Assembly (NCBI RefSeq): GCF_000143415.4
Contig: NW_003314365.1
Coordinates: forward strand, 62,001-126,000
Direction: 5' to 3'
Length of the DNA: 64,000 nt
Origin: Selaginella moellendorffii
Taxonomy: Eukaryota; Plantae; Lycopodiophyta
The first letter of the stretch is position 1. The number at the start of each line of letters is the position of its first letter. The notes beneath the pieces were generated by a model. The model was given only the letters and a program-made list of their open reading frames with translations, did no database searches and had not been told where the DNA came from. The position numbers were made by a program, and so were the translations under genes. This document shows, piece after piece, positions 1 through 12,199 of this stretch.

Positions 1-246
1 GGTGAAGGTAGTCAATGTTTTCTTTTGTGGAACGTGTCGAGGAGGTCGAGGTGTTGAGAATGTTGTTCTCAGCTGGTGGAGAAATTGAGTTCAGGGCGAG
101 CAGCTGACGTTTTCCTTTGGCGATGTTGATGTGTTTGTGAGAAATTGTCGGTTTTGGGGCTGATTCGAGTGGATGCAGGCTCTGGGGTGAGTGTGGATGG
201 TGGTGTGAGTTATCTTCATTGTCGCTGATGATGAGGTGCTCTCAAA

Positions 247-1041
247 TCAGCGGTGGCGGCAAAGTGGAGTTGAATTGTTGGAGTGTTTGTTGCTGGAGCT
301 GGTGTTGTTGGAGTGAGTTGAGCCTGATTGTTGAGATGTTGGCTTCGGTTTCTTGCTGGGAGTTGCTCCTTCTGATTCTGACTGTTCTTCAGAGCTGTCA
401 CTTTGTTCTGTGGAGTTCATTTGGGTTGTCCACGGTTGTTTGTTGGGAAGAGCTTGGTGTAGAGCGATCAGCAGTGGGAATATTACTGTCCGCATGGTCT
501 TTCTGTTGAGTGTGGCAAGGGTGGCGCGGTCGAGAAGCTTGAGAAGGAGCTCATGGAGATGATGAGCCACGTTCACACGTTTGCCGTCAAGTAGAGCTCT
601 GTAGACTTCTACTCTGCACTTGCCAATGGTGCGATCTATTGGGCGAAGTTCGTAGTAGAGGAGGAGGGCTTTGAGGTGATCCATATGCTGCTCCTCGATG
701 TCCTCCCATGTGAGTTCACTGGTAATTTCTCGATTGGCCTTGATGATTTGCTGTGGAACTTCTCCTGAAAATTTGAGCAGTCCCTTGTTGGAGATTTTGA
801 AAACGGAGGCGATTCTTGCTGGGCTGAGGGTGATTTCGTTGGTGCCGTCGGTTATGGTGCCGTTCTTGGGGTTGAAGGAGGCGGCCAGCTTCCTCGCTAG
901 TTTTTGATCAAGGTGTGTTGAAAAGGCCTTGTGGAGGAGCTCGAATCTATGGCCCTTGAGCCAGGTGGTTGTGTCATTGCTGGGAAGCCTAGGAATATGG
1001 TGTATGACGTATCTGAGGCGCCGGGGTGGATGAGCTGGCAT
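247..1041 (-). CDS. Extra ORF downstream of integrase, resembling the 'putative plant transposon protein' accessory ORFs of Athila/Tat-type elements (E1)
   Basis: 264 aa; pattern LARKLAASF...ITLSPARIASVF...YRALLDGKRVNVA...IFPLLI recalled from such ORFs, no search run. Confidence 0.6.
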   Translation of the reverse strand: MPAHPPRRLRYVIHHIPRLPSNDTTTWLKGHRFELLHKAFSTHLDQKLARKLAASFNPKNGTITDGTNEITLSPARIASVFKISNKGLLKFSGEVPQQIIKANREITSELTWEDIEEQHMDHLKALLLYYELRPIDRTIGKCRVEVYRALLDGKRVNVAHHLHELLLKLLDRATLATLNRKTMRTVIFPLLIALHQALPNKQPWTTQMNSTEQSDSSEEQSESEGATPSKKPKPTSQQSGSTHSNNTSSSNKHSNNSTPLCRHR

Positions 1042-1459
1042 CTTTCTCTTTATTTTCTGTGGTCGAAGTGCTCGCCCCGTTAGGGTTCTTGAAACCTGTA
1101 ACTGTTGGTTGGCTGATTGTGTGGCACTCGATTGTTGGTGATGAATGGTAGAGATTTGTTGACGGAATTGATGTGGTTTGATTTGGCTTGATTGCAGATC
1201 AATGGTGGATATTGCTGATGAAGTTAACTCAAGTTCAACTATTGATATTTGCTCAGGTGGCGTTGATCCAACAGTAGCTTGGGACTTAGAGATTTTTGCT
1301 GCTGTTTATTGCTGAAGTTGGTGGATGAGTTCGTGTTGAGTTGAGTTGAGTTGAGTTGTGTCGAACTGATTTGAGTTAAAGTTTGTCTGCTGGGGTGAGT
1401 GTCGATTGTTGGTTTTGGGGTGTTTGTCAGTTTGGGTCGGAAATTTGCTGAGGTGCTGA

Positions 1460-4400
1460 TGCTGAATATGTCGACGTGATATGGTCGAAGCTTGTTGAGG
1501 TTGACGATCTCAATGAAGTCTTCAGCGAGTGTGCTGACTTTGGCGGTGCCGTTGGGGTATAGTTCAATGATTTTGAAAGGTCCTTGCCATTTGGTGTGGA
1601 GTTTTCGGCCAAGTTTGCCGATGGGTCCTCGGTATCAGACAACATGATCGTCGACGTTGTATTTGGGAATGTTATACCGGGATGCTTGTCAGTCATGCCG
1701 AGCTTTTCTCTGTTTTTGGATGGCGTGAAGTGTCTAGAGGGCGTTGAGTCGGAGTTTGTCGAGATGTTCGAGTTGCTGAAGCCTTTCTCGAACTGCATGT
1801 TGCTGTTGCTTTTGCTGTGGCATGTCAGAGAGGTATTGCTTCGGCCCACTTGGTAGTGTAATCGGTGGTGATGATGATGTACTGATTTCGTTGACGGGTG
1901 CTGACTTGGGGTCCGATGAAGTCGAGTCCCCATTTCTGAAATGGTGCCATTGGGAATGTTGGGTTGAGTTGTTGAGTCTGAGTTTTTTGGCAGTAATCGG
2001 TGTTGGTTGATAGTATGTAGTGTTGGAACTTTTGAAGTGAGTAGATCATGCCAAGAGCTTCTTTCTTGGTGGTGGTGTAATTTCATTCAGCTGGGTTGAG
2101 TAGTCAGCTAGCGTAGTAGATTGGTTGATCTCGGTTGTTGTGTTGAGTTTGGCTGAGAATTGCACTAGTGACAATGTCGGAAGTGTCGACATGAATGTGG
2201 AACTCTTGTGTCCAGTTGGGCTTGGAAAGGATTGATGCTGTTGTTAGTTTGAGTCGGAGATTGTCGAATGCTTGTTGCTGTTCAAATGTCCATGTCCATT
2301 GGGCATCTTGCTTCAATCCATTGGTGAGTGGTTTGGCAATGTGAGCGTACTTGTGGATGAATCGTCGGTGATATCCGACTTTGCCGAGGAAGCGCTGAAG
2401 TTCTTTGTCGGGGTTGAGTGCTATGTCTTTGTTCTCCTCGCACTTGTTGAGGCATTTCTCCAGGCATTCAAGATGTCGATCTTCTGAGCTGAAAATGCTG
2501 AAGTCGTCCATGAAGACTCTCATGAAGTTGGTGAGGTATTCTCGGAAAGTGTTGGTGACGAGCCTTTGGAAGGTGAATGGGGCATTGTAGAGTCCAAAAG
2601 GCATTCGTTGGTAAGCATACGCTCCCCATGGACTGATGAATGCTGTCTTGTGCTGATCTTCTTCAGCAATATAAATTTGGTTGTAGCCAGAGAAACCATC
2701 GAGGAAGGAGTACATCTTGTGTCTGGCAACTACGTCAAGAACTTCATTGGTAAACGGTATCAGGAAAACATCTTTTTCAGTGGCGTCGTTGAGCTGTTTA
2801 TAGTTGACGCAGATTCGAAGTTTGCCATTTTTCTTCGGCACAACCACCAATGGTGAAAGCCATATCAGATTCTGAATCGGGTATATGTACTCGACTTGGA
2901 GAAGCTTGTCGAGTTCTTTCTTTACTTGTTCCATCAGATTTGGATTCATCCGATAGGCTGCTTGTCTTCTTGGTTTTGAGTATGGAAGAAGGGTGATGGT
3001 GTGAAGACTGAGTTTTGGCGAAATTCCCTTAAGGTCACGATAACTCCAAGCGAACAAGTGTTTCTTCTTTCAGAGAAGATTGATGCCTTTGTCTCAAAAA
3101 CTTGCCGAGATGTCGGTGGCGAGTACAATGTAGTGTTCGTTGCCGTCATCGCCAAGGCTGAATTTTTCGAGTTTTTGGTCGGCTGGAATTGACGGAATGT
3201 AGGCAACTTTGTTGTGGTTGTCAACTGTGAATGCCAGTGGCGCTTCGAGTTTTGTATCTCGAGTGACTGGATTTTTCAGTGCTGATGTAATCGGGGGTCG
3301 TTCTCATTGGAAGTCGGCGACAATTCAGAAGAGGTCAATCTCGGCCAAAGGTTCGAGATCGGGGTAGGCTTTGAGAATTTGTTGTTCTTCATTGTCGTCG
3401 AGGCCATCTTCGAGATTATATTCTTCCAAGTCAATAGGTCGGTTGTGGCTGGACAGTGATTTGGTCGCTTTTGTCGACACAGTTGTCGATCTGTCTGGTC
3501 TGCGAAGGATAAGATTGTCATTGGGCCAATCTTGATAAACTTGGGCAGTTCGGAGCCAAGGTCAACCGAGGAAAATTGAGTATCCATTGGTCTGCTCTGG
3601 TAGTTTGAGGACGACATAGTTGATTGGTATTTCGACGCCTTGAATGGTGGGGTTGACTTTTCGGATGATGCCTTTGGGTTGAATAGATTGGTGGTTGGCC
3701 ATTCGGACATTGAAAGGTGCTGGGTGGACTGGGCCGATGTTGAGTTGTTAAACAAGACCTTCTTCATAATATTAACGCTGGAGCCGCTGTCAATTATGGC
3801 TCCTCGAACAAGGTGTTTGTCGAGTCGTAGGTCAATTGTCAGAACATCATTGTCACAATCGCCTGGTTGAATCTCGGTTCGAAATGTGTCAACAGCTGTC
3901 TGTGTCGAGTTGAGTGTGGGCGAGTCTGTCAAAGTGTTGGTCTGTGCAGATGTTAGATCAGTGAGCTGTTTGGTGAGGTAGGGTGCAATCTTCAGCAGTT
4001 GGCCGATGGTGATCTGAATATTTTGGTTGAGGATAGTCTCTACTACTTCTTGGATTTTGTCGAAGTTTGCCGAATTGTGTTCTGGTGTCAATGTCGATGT
4101 TGGATGATTTGTCTGTTGGTTTTCTGGTACTGAGTCTTGGCATTGTTGTCGAGCTGGTGATGGTTGAGCTTCATTGTCGGAGTCTAAAATCACTAATTCG
4201 GGTGGTTGTAGAGTGAGTTGCCGTTGTATCTTGGCAGCTAACTTCTGCTTCTTTTCCCATTCCCGGAGTTTTGTTGGGCTCTCAAGGCCTTTCTCTTTAC
4301 TATCTTCGGAATGTCTGTCTGGTTGTTGTTGTTTTTCTGCTCAAATTTGTGCTTGGGTTTGTACTGCCATGACTTGAGGATCTGAGTCATCATTGTCGGC

Positions 4401-5618
4401 ATAAGGTAGTTCGTCGGTCTCGACCATCCTTGTTGTTGGTGGTTGCTGCTGTTTTTGATCTTGTTGTCGAGGAGGCGGTGGACCAAGTCTCGGCGGACCG
4501 CCTTGGTTTTGAAGTCGAGGTTGCCATGCTCGGTTGTTACGGTTGCCTTGGTAGCCATGGTCTTGATAACCTTGGCCTTGGTATCTTCGGTTTTAGTATC
4601 TTGGGTATTGTTGGTATCCTTGGTTGTAGTTGTCTCGGTTTGCTGGGTAGTTCTAGTTCGGCGGGTGTTGTTGATCGTTGTAGTTGTTGTTGTAGTTGTT
4701 GTTGTAATTGTTGTAATTGTTGTAGCGAGGTTGATCATTCCATTGTCGACTCTGGTGTTGGAAGTTGTTTCTCAGCTGTCTCCAGTTTGTCAGAGGTGGT
4801 GGCTGGTAATTGTTGAAGTATTGATTTGGATATGGTTTTTGAAATTGCTGTCGGGGATAGTTCGAGACTTGTCAAACTTCTGGAGAATTTCAAAATCTGC
4901 AAGTTTTGGCGTCATGACCTTCTTTGGTACAGATCTGGCATTTGGAGATTTGGAGCTTGTAGTCACTTGCCAGATGTCCTTCGTTCTTGCACTTAGTACA
5001 CCAAATTCTAGATCGAAATTCTTTGATGTCGGCCTTGGCTTTTCCCTTGAGCTTGTCGATTTTTTTCTTGAGTTTCCGAAGTTTTGACTTGGTGCTCTCT
5101 CCGAGTTCATCTCGGAGTTGTTGTCAGAACTGCTATCAGAATCTGAGTTATTTGTGTCATCTACTTGTGCTTTCATTCGTCGAGCTTGAACATCTTGATG
5201 GGCTCTTGTGAGTTCGAGATAAGTGGCAACGTTGATGTGCATTGCCGCTTCTCAGAGGGATCGTTGGAGTCCTTGCATGTACCATTGGTAAAGTAATGTT
5301 TCGGTGGCACTGTTGCCTCATTTGCTAGCATGTTGAGTGAAGGTTTGAGTGTAGTTGTTGATGGATTGACCAGACTTCTACTTGAGTTTTTGGATCTTGT
5401 GATTGAGTGAGGGAAGACTTGAATTGGTCTACGAGCTTGAGTGCGAGGTCGTTGAAACTTGTATTTTGAGGAAGCGTTTGAGCCCATTTGTTAGCTCTCT
5501 TTCGAAAGGGTACATCAGAAATAGTATGGAAGTTCAGTCGTCTGGCTGTTGATTTGGATTGCTTCTCGGAACTGTTCAACATGTTTCTTGGCATCTTCTG
5601 ACTTCAGACCATGAAATA
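1460..5618 (-). pseudogene. gag-pol of E1, fragmented
   Basis: RT motifs PKKNGKLRICVNYKQLN, FLDGFSGYNQI, RMPFGL, FMDD; RNase H FHIHVDTS; protease GAIIDSGSSVNI; integrase PFQKWGLDFIGP and KWQGPF. Stops, frameshifts and deletions throughout. Confidence 0.93.
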
Positions 5619-5856
5619 NNNNNNNNNNNNNNNNNNNNNNNNNNNNNNNNNNNNNNNNNNNNNNNNNNNNNNNNNNNNNNNNNNNNNNNNNNNNNNNNNN
5701 NNNNNNNNNNNNNNNNNNNNNNNNNNNNNNNNNNNNNNNNNNNNNNNNNNNNNNNNNNNNNNNNNNNNNNNNNNNNNNNNNNNNNNNNNNNNNNNNNNNN
5801 NNNNNNNNNNNNNNNNNNNNNNNNNNNNNNNNNNNNNNNNNNNNNNNNNNNNNNNN
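5619..5856. other. N gap, 238 bp, inside E1 gag
   Basis: Run of N. Confidence 0.99.
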
Positions 5857-7776
5857 ACTGTTTTTGGGTGTGTCATCGACGTCGTCGTCGGTGTCGGGTT
5901 GCTTGCCGGTGTTGATTTTGGGAAGATGGTGCTCAAACTTGTTGTCGACGTATTTGTCAAAGTTATGTTGTCTTGGTTGTGGTTGTTCTTCTCAAATGTA
6001 TAGTTGTGTGGTGATTGTGGTTGCTGTGGAAGATAGTTGTCATCGACGATTGGTTTGTCGATCTCGTTGTTGTTGGATGATTGGAGCTGTTCGGCAGTTC
6101 GGTGTGAGTTGTTGACATCTAGTGCTTGACTATTGGACGATTCAGGTTGTTCATCTTTACTGCTGTTGATTGGGTATATCGGAGTGCGACTGTAATTGGT
6201 GAAGTCGAGTTGTTGTCTCGTCAGCGCGTTGAAGTTGAAAGCGTGTTCGAAAGGTCTTGCTGATAGTGGGCTTCAGTAGATGTTGGAAGCAAATGTGGGA
6301 TATATTGGTGTTGTGAATATCGGTCAGTATGGCAAAAATGGTGCTGGTCTGGTGAAGTCTGTGAAGCTGGGTGGGAAACTTGGTCGTTCGTCATCACTGT
6401 AGATGGGGTTGGTGAATGTACCTTTGAAGTGGTTGTATGCTGCTTGAAAAATGTTTTGTTGCTCGGGCGTAGCCTGTGTCGACTACTCAAATGTTCAGTC
6501 GGGCTCAGGCACTTTGGTGGGTGCCATCGAGGGTGTTGATTTAGGCTCGGGCACTTTGGTGGGTGCCATCGAGGGTGCTGCCGGTGGTGTGTCCGATGGT
6601 GTTGTGTACTCGTCGTATTCTTCGCAGATGTCCAATACTGGTTTGTTGGAGTTAGCTCGCGGTAATAATTTGTGTCGGATGTAATTTTATCTCTTGGAGG
6701 GTCTAACAATTTGATTCAACTTCTCTTAGTCTTTCTTTCTCTTTGTTTCTAAATTCTTCAAATCTCTATCTAAACTTCGGATAAGCCATTGTCGGTCTTC
6801 TTCCGACTTGCTGGATGTTCTTCGTGGTTTTGGATACATGCATTCTTCTACTGGTTGTCAGTGTCAGATTCGTGTCTGCAGTCAATCATGCAGTTCAGGT
6901 AGAACTTCGGGAAGACTGTCGGCGGGCCAATTGTCGATAAAGTTGTTGTGAGGTTGTTATTTCTTTTCTGTGCAAATATTGACGGTGGTGCGTGTTGGGT
7001 TGGGTTGTGTTCAGCCGAGTTGTGTTGGGTCGAGTGTGCTAGTGCAGTATGCAGGCTGGTCTTCCACTTGCTGGTGCCGAGATGGAGTTTGATGAAGAGT
7101 TTCGGATATTTGGGTTTGTCTGGAATGATTTCTTCGATAATGTCGTCGAGTTGTTCGAGTCCGGATTGGGCGATGGCGTGATTGGCAAGAGTTGTTGCAG
7201 CGAACGTGTTGATTTTGAACCGAGTTCGGACTGTTGTTTTGGTGCTGAGCTGCTGACTCTATCGGAGGGGTTGTCGAAAAATTGGTGGTGCGTTGTCAAG
7301 TTGTCCCTCGACAAGTTCTCTGATACCAGGTAATAGAGTGATGGGTTCGTCATTGGTGTAGGTTCTGAGGATGTGCTTCGGTATTTGGAGTGGACGCAGG
7401 AATTGGAATTGTGTCGGAGCACTAGGATTGCTGGGTCGACGACTGCACAAAAGATGAGTTCGTTTCAGCAGTGGTGTCGGTTTGTGTCGAGCGCGCTGGT
7501 TGAGGTCTCGAGCTTGGAGTGGGTGGTCTTGTGCTCGGAGATGGAGTTCGCCAATGAAGCTGTTGAGGGTGTCCGCTGATGAAGGTGCTGGTAGATTGGA
7601 GTTTCTTGTCAAAGAGGGCTGTTGGTGGTCTTTGTTGGTGATTGGACTCGGAGATTGAGAGAGAGAGCTTTCAGATTCTGCAAAGATCTCCTCTGAGAAG
7701 GGTCTGCCTCTACTGCGTTGGGCGGCGATCGCTTGGACGCCGTTGATCCATATTGGTGGTGGCATTTGTTTGTTGA

Positions 7777-7845
7777 ATTTGGGCGAATTGGGTGGCGAAT
7801 TGGGTAGCAAATTGGGTGGCAAATTGGGTAGCGAATTTTGGCGAG
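7777..7845. repeat. 12-bp tandem repeat (AATTGGGTRGCR) in the element's 5' leader, present in all four copies
   Basis: Visible tandem units, translating as NLPP/NSPP on the minus strand. Confidence 0.8.
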
Positions 7846-7907
7846 TTGGGTAGATTGCTTGATCGTTCTTGCTAGAAGAATTTGTGAACCTAAAGGGGAA
7901 TTCAAAA

Positions 7908-7920
7908 GCCGTGGTTGCCA
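7908..7920 (-). promoter_or_regulatory. Primer binding site TGGCAACCACGGC (also 31914-31926, 47732-47744, 63710-63722)
   Basis: Begins with TGG, 2 nt inside the 5' LTR on the sense (minus) strand. Confidence 0.8.
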
Positions 7921-7922
7921 AA

Positions 7923-8217
7923 TGAAGAGGTGTGAAAACTCCTCTTGGCTGGAAATCTATTGTTAGTAAGAAAACAAAAGAGAAAAAAGCCCAATCTCCA
8001 AGGGCAGAGAAGAAGCACGAATAAAAGAATGCTATGTATTAATAAGAAAAATGATGGAATGGAGATAGGGATCCACAATTCGGATTCCCTCTTTTGAAAG
8101 GCTAGCGGTTCTAACTGCTAGCATATACTATATGCTGTGCATGATTTAATCTATGGCTCCGATGCAGCCCTGGGTTCAAAGTCGGAGTCCCCTGAGCCTG
8201 GGTTTTTGGATAATACA
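7923..8217 (-). repeat. 5' LTR of E1 (295 bp)
   Basis: TGAAGAGG...ATACA, adjacent to the PBS and the TSD. Confidence 0.95.
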
Positions 8218-9575
8218 CGATGTGTTAAGTGCAGTGCTTCGCATAAGCTTGTGGGTGTGACTAGGCTAGTGGAGTCATGTTTTAAAGCTTCTCCTTGTCC
8301 CTTACCATGCTCGCAGTGGCTTAACGTACCCATGAGCAGTTGAGGGACTTCTTCGAACCTCACAGATCCTTGTGTTGTATCATCGCCTCGCTTGCCATGC
8401 TTCTTCTCTTGTCAGCCATCAGCTATGCAGAGTCTAAACCTGCAAGCAGCTCTTGAGGAATTGTTTGCTCTCACCTGATGCTCGATCAAGGCTCTCACAA
8501 CGTACTCGGGACTAGACTACAGTGGATATCACTGATGCAACAAGCTTTAGGTTCCGAGTCTAAGTTAGTTGCACCAACGCAAAGATGTTCTGTTTTGTTT
8601 CATGGTTTTGAACATGGTTTTTCTATAGGAACAAGCATCAGACTGGAAGCTTTTGGGTGGTGTCTTGATGAATTAAGCTCCCCGAGGGTTTCATCTTGCG
8701 AAGAAGAGAGAAACAACTACCCCCAACCTTCAGCACTCTTGACATTTCCAGATGCCTTGCAACTCGAATCTCTTGGGCAGAACGCACCGGTGCTCTTGAG
8801 GGGGGAGAGAGAGGGGATGGAAAACGTCGCCTTTGTCTGGGTGTAACCGGATGGAGAGCTCCGAGGGATTCAAGCCACCCAAACATCGAGAGATGGCAGC
8901 TTTCCGCTGCACAGCGCGAAACCGTAGCCGCACTAAAATCTAACGGTTTGGATGGTATATTCTAAGATATCCTTTAATCCAACGGCTGTGATGTATCGCT
9001 CTTAACCTTTTATTTGTTTGTAGTTACCACTAATATAAACTGCGTTTAAAAGTTCATTCTCATTCACTATTTCTAGCTTGTTGTCTAGCGTCTTTCTTGT
9101 TCAAATGGTGAGGAAGGCTTGCATATGCTGGCAGGGTCATCGAGAATTCAATGGCACAACATTGTGTGTGATTGATAGATTATGCTGAAGTGACAACTGA
9201 TGAGAATTTGGTATATATGATCGAATTGGTAAGCTCAATGGCATGTTTGTGCTGTTTGTGTGCTACTGGAGCAAATCAAATATATATATCTTCCCTTCCA
9301 CAAAATTTGATTGCATGAGTACAGTGGAGATGCACCTAAGTTAATACTTTTTAATGATCTGTTTGTTTAAGTCTGTAATAATGGATTCCATTGATTACAA
9401 GTTTGGTTTTGCTTCTTTACTATGATCTAGTACCAACTTAACAACACAGTTAATCTTAGGTGAGATTTTGAGGAGAGCCACTCTCACTAGTAGATTGTAT
9501 AGTGTTAAAAAAAAGGAAAATAATAAAATGGTCCAGAAACTCAACACAGTTAATTTAATAATAAAATAATAAAAT

Positions 9576-9711
9576 AGTGTTCATGTTAGGGGGCGACCCT
9601 AACACCGTATTATTCTTAATTGAAAGTCGAGGCGGATGGGAATCGAACCCAGCAACCCTTCACAATAGAACATTACAGCGTGCATGCTATAACCACAAAG
9701 CCATGAACACT
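9576..9711 (-). ncRNA. Candidate tRNA-derived Pol III unit with paired ends
   Basis: A box-like TGGCTTTGTGG at position 8, B box GGGTTCGATTCCC, 10-bp terminal inverted repeat, internal 8-bp hairpin, downstream T run. Confidence 0.4.
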
Positions 9712-9749
9712 GGGAGATAACAAAATATTATTTCAGCACCTCTTATTTG

Positions 9750-10350
9750 AAAAACAAGATTTGGAATCCATCTGATTGTCCACGTGGACGACATCCAGGG
9801 GCTGCGAGGCCAGAGGATCCACGCGCGGATCCTGGAGAGCAGCTACTGGCCGAATCAATACCGTCTTCATCCGGCATGAAATCAAAGATTTCTTCCTCTG
9901 CTATTCACTGCTGGAAGGGGAACCCATGGAACGTCCTGTCATTCTGGGCAGTAGATTCGTCCAGGACACGAGATCCTTGGCCGGCGTTTTTGCCCAAGCT
10001 CGATTTCGCTGCCACAATTTGCCCCTGCTGCGCGAGAGCCATTATCATCGAGTTCCATGGCGCTCTGAGACGCAATCAAACATAGACTCTCACTCTCGGA
10101 TGCGGGATGCCGCCACATACGCGGTGACCATCGCGTTCCAGGAGACGATCCTAATCGAACAAGATTGACGCCGCATCGATCGAATGCCCTGTTCTTGCTG
10201 CTCGCATTTGCCAGCGAAAGGGAATATCGCGCGATCCAAGAGCCTGAACCCGGCGCGGCGGCGTGGATCATTCGGGGGGATCGGCACGAGAGAAGATTTA
10301 GCTCCAGCAACGCTGCCGAGAGCGACTTTGCGGAGAAGAGAAATCCCTCG
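9750..10350 (-). pseudogene. PPR fragment unique to spacer A
   Basis: IVSWNAMVTAY motif in ORF 10090-10410; GC-rich and frameshifted. Confidence 0.6.
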
Positions 10351-10559
10351 TTCATACAAAAAAATTTGATTGGGTCTCTGGCTGTGGGTTCGAACCTGTG
10401 ACCTTGCCAATATATTTTTTTATTCTAGCCAGATATCCGGCCATCAGGTTCCCGTCCAAAGTGTACACTAATTGCTTCTTAACGTATACCATAATGTAAA
10501 CAGCGGCGCAAGAGATTTTCGTTTTGTGGGCGCATGGCGCGCAGCGCGTTGCTGCTGTC

Positions 10560-11510
10560 AAGCTCAAGAAAGAAACCATTCTCTTCTCGATGGAATGAAA
10601 CTCTCACTTTCTCCATGCTCTGGCGAGGCCATGGCAAACAAAACGGGTTGGATGGACTCTGCATCTCAATCTGAGCAAGCAGCTGATGCAGAAGCTATTT
10701 TTGAGAAACAAAGTATAAGTATGCTGCAACAAGAACCAGCAACATCCGTTTAAGATATTGTTCTGGAAGATGGCTTGTCTGAGCTCGAGTTTGATTTGAT
10801 CCCGGCACCATGGTCCCGGGAATCTATTCTTCACTTGGTTGTCCAAGCTGGAGGTCCATAGGTTTGGATCCTTTCAAATCCTCGGGGCGTGAGACTCTGG
10901 AGCTCCAAGTTTTGATGCCTTCTCTTGGCAATAATATAATATATTGCTCTGAAACCGTGAAAGCTTACTCACCCGCAAACAAAACTCCAGGGTTGCACCA
11001 GACATCCAATAAACCTGTGAGAGCCTTGACCAAGCTCAAACTCAATCAGCTCAGAGCAAGCTTTCTCAAAAGTTTCCAAAGAGCAGATGGCATAACACAA
11101 AAAACGTATACCAGGTCACCAACTCATCTCATCACAAGTTGCGTTGTGGTCACTCCACGCCTTGGATGTTGATGAACTACAGGCCTCCATTTTATCTTGG
11201 AAAATGCTCGAGGCCAAAGGGTGGCGAAGATGAGGAATGAAGCGATCTGGACTGGACAAGAGTATAAGCAAAATGAGCACGAGAAGAACCACACATACCG
11301 CGGAAAAGCAGTGCTTGTGCTTGTGAGCCTAGTTTGAAGATGTCTGAGACTGAGAAGAAAGACCATGCTGCTCGACTCATAGAGCACGCCCGGCAGCAGC
11401 ACACCGCCCGGGTAAAGAGCCCCCTGGATCGAAAATGTGCAGCAGTAGCGTATAATGGCAATGGCGGTGGTTTTCCATGGCATCGTTCTTGAGCCTTGAC
11501 GAGGAGGTGC
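10560..11510 (-). pseudogene. Inverted F-box/LRR relic (also ~16230-17180, ~36405-37350, ~52060-53015)
   Basis: Minus strand LLLHIF / RGLFTRAVCCCRAC; blocks TATACTCTTGTCCAG, GCTTCATTCCTCATCTT, CAAGGCTCTCACAGG and GGATCAAATCAAAC match the plus-strand relics. Confidence 0.65.
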
Positions 11511-11635
11511 CATCCAGCGAAGATTTGCAGGAAGGAGGAGCGATCTCCAGCGGTGGGCGCCTGGGCGAGAATGCGGTGAGCACAGATCTGGGAGGGGGAA
11601 GGCGCATCCACGAGGAAAATCGTCTCCAGCGGCCT

Positions 11636-11830
11636 CGAGGTTCCTTGCTAATCTGGTCATAGAAAGGTATGGAAAGTGCAGGCGCTGGAAATCTTCCAGA
11701 AGATGAAAGATCGAGGTTCTTTCTCGTGGAAGATTGCGATCGCGGCATTTGCCCTTGTTACTCTTTTTCGAGCATCCAGTTATTTCTCTTGGCAGCTATC
11801 AATGCCGATCCGGGGGAGATCCACGCGCTA
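11636..11830 (+). pseudogene. PPR gene fragment (also ~17305, ~37478, ~53140)
   Basis: RFLANLVIERYGKC / ALEIFQKMKDRGSFSWKIAIAAFA, a PLS-class PPR motif. Confidence 0.75.
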
Positions 11831-12199
11831 ATCATCGCCGCGTTACGGTGCTCCGTTGGCGAGCATGCCATCGCCGAGATCTTCTTCTGCCAAGAACTGG
11901 ACAGACACTTGCATCGGGTGGAACCAGGGCATTGCCGTGTGAGCTCGAGACTGGCATCCCAGCCTGATCGGCGCCACATCCCAATCGAATCGCCGCCCCA
12001 AGCTCCAATTACTACAACGACAAGCCAAAGATGGTGACGGTGTTATTGTCTCAGCTCCAGGATTGCGAGGAGATCAGACAGCAGGGGTATGGCGTCCTCC
12101 AAAGGCCGTGGTTGATTTACCCTCCAGCAGTAGTCTTTCAACCAGGCCTGGAGCGGGGCCTTCTGCCAACTTAAGTCGAGGTTCCTGGTGTTTCTCACC

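Larger units (their letters stand above)
1..8217 (-). mobile_element. Ty3/Gypsy LTR retrotransposon copy E1 (3' end lies before the window), defective
   Basis: Minus-strand gag-AP-RT-RH-INT order; LTR 7923-8217; CGATG at 8218-8222. Confidence 0.95.

Noticed and set aside
1427-2086. 219-aa ORF as an env gene or chromodomain
   Set aside because: Off-frame reading of the deleted integrase; no chromodomain or transmembrane pattern seen after the GPF motif.
4238-5087. Poly-Thr, poly-Val and Cys-rich ORFs (and their paralogs near 28.4, 44.2 and 60.2 kb)
   Set aside because: Alternative-frame or antisense readings of the N/Q/Y-rich gag linker; the strong G+T versus C+A strand skew creates many spurious ORFs.
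9626-9710. Canonical tRNA gene (CTGTAAT suggests an intron-containing Tyr tRNA)
   Set aside because: The acceptor and anticodon stems do not pair; kept only as tRNA-like.
10810-11172. 120-136 aa plus-strand ORF conserved in all spacers
   Set aside because: Antisense to the inverted F-box/LRR relic; its conservation reflects recent duplication only.
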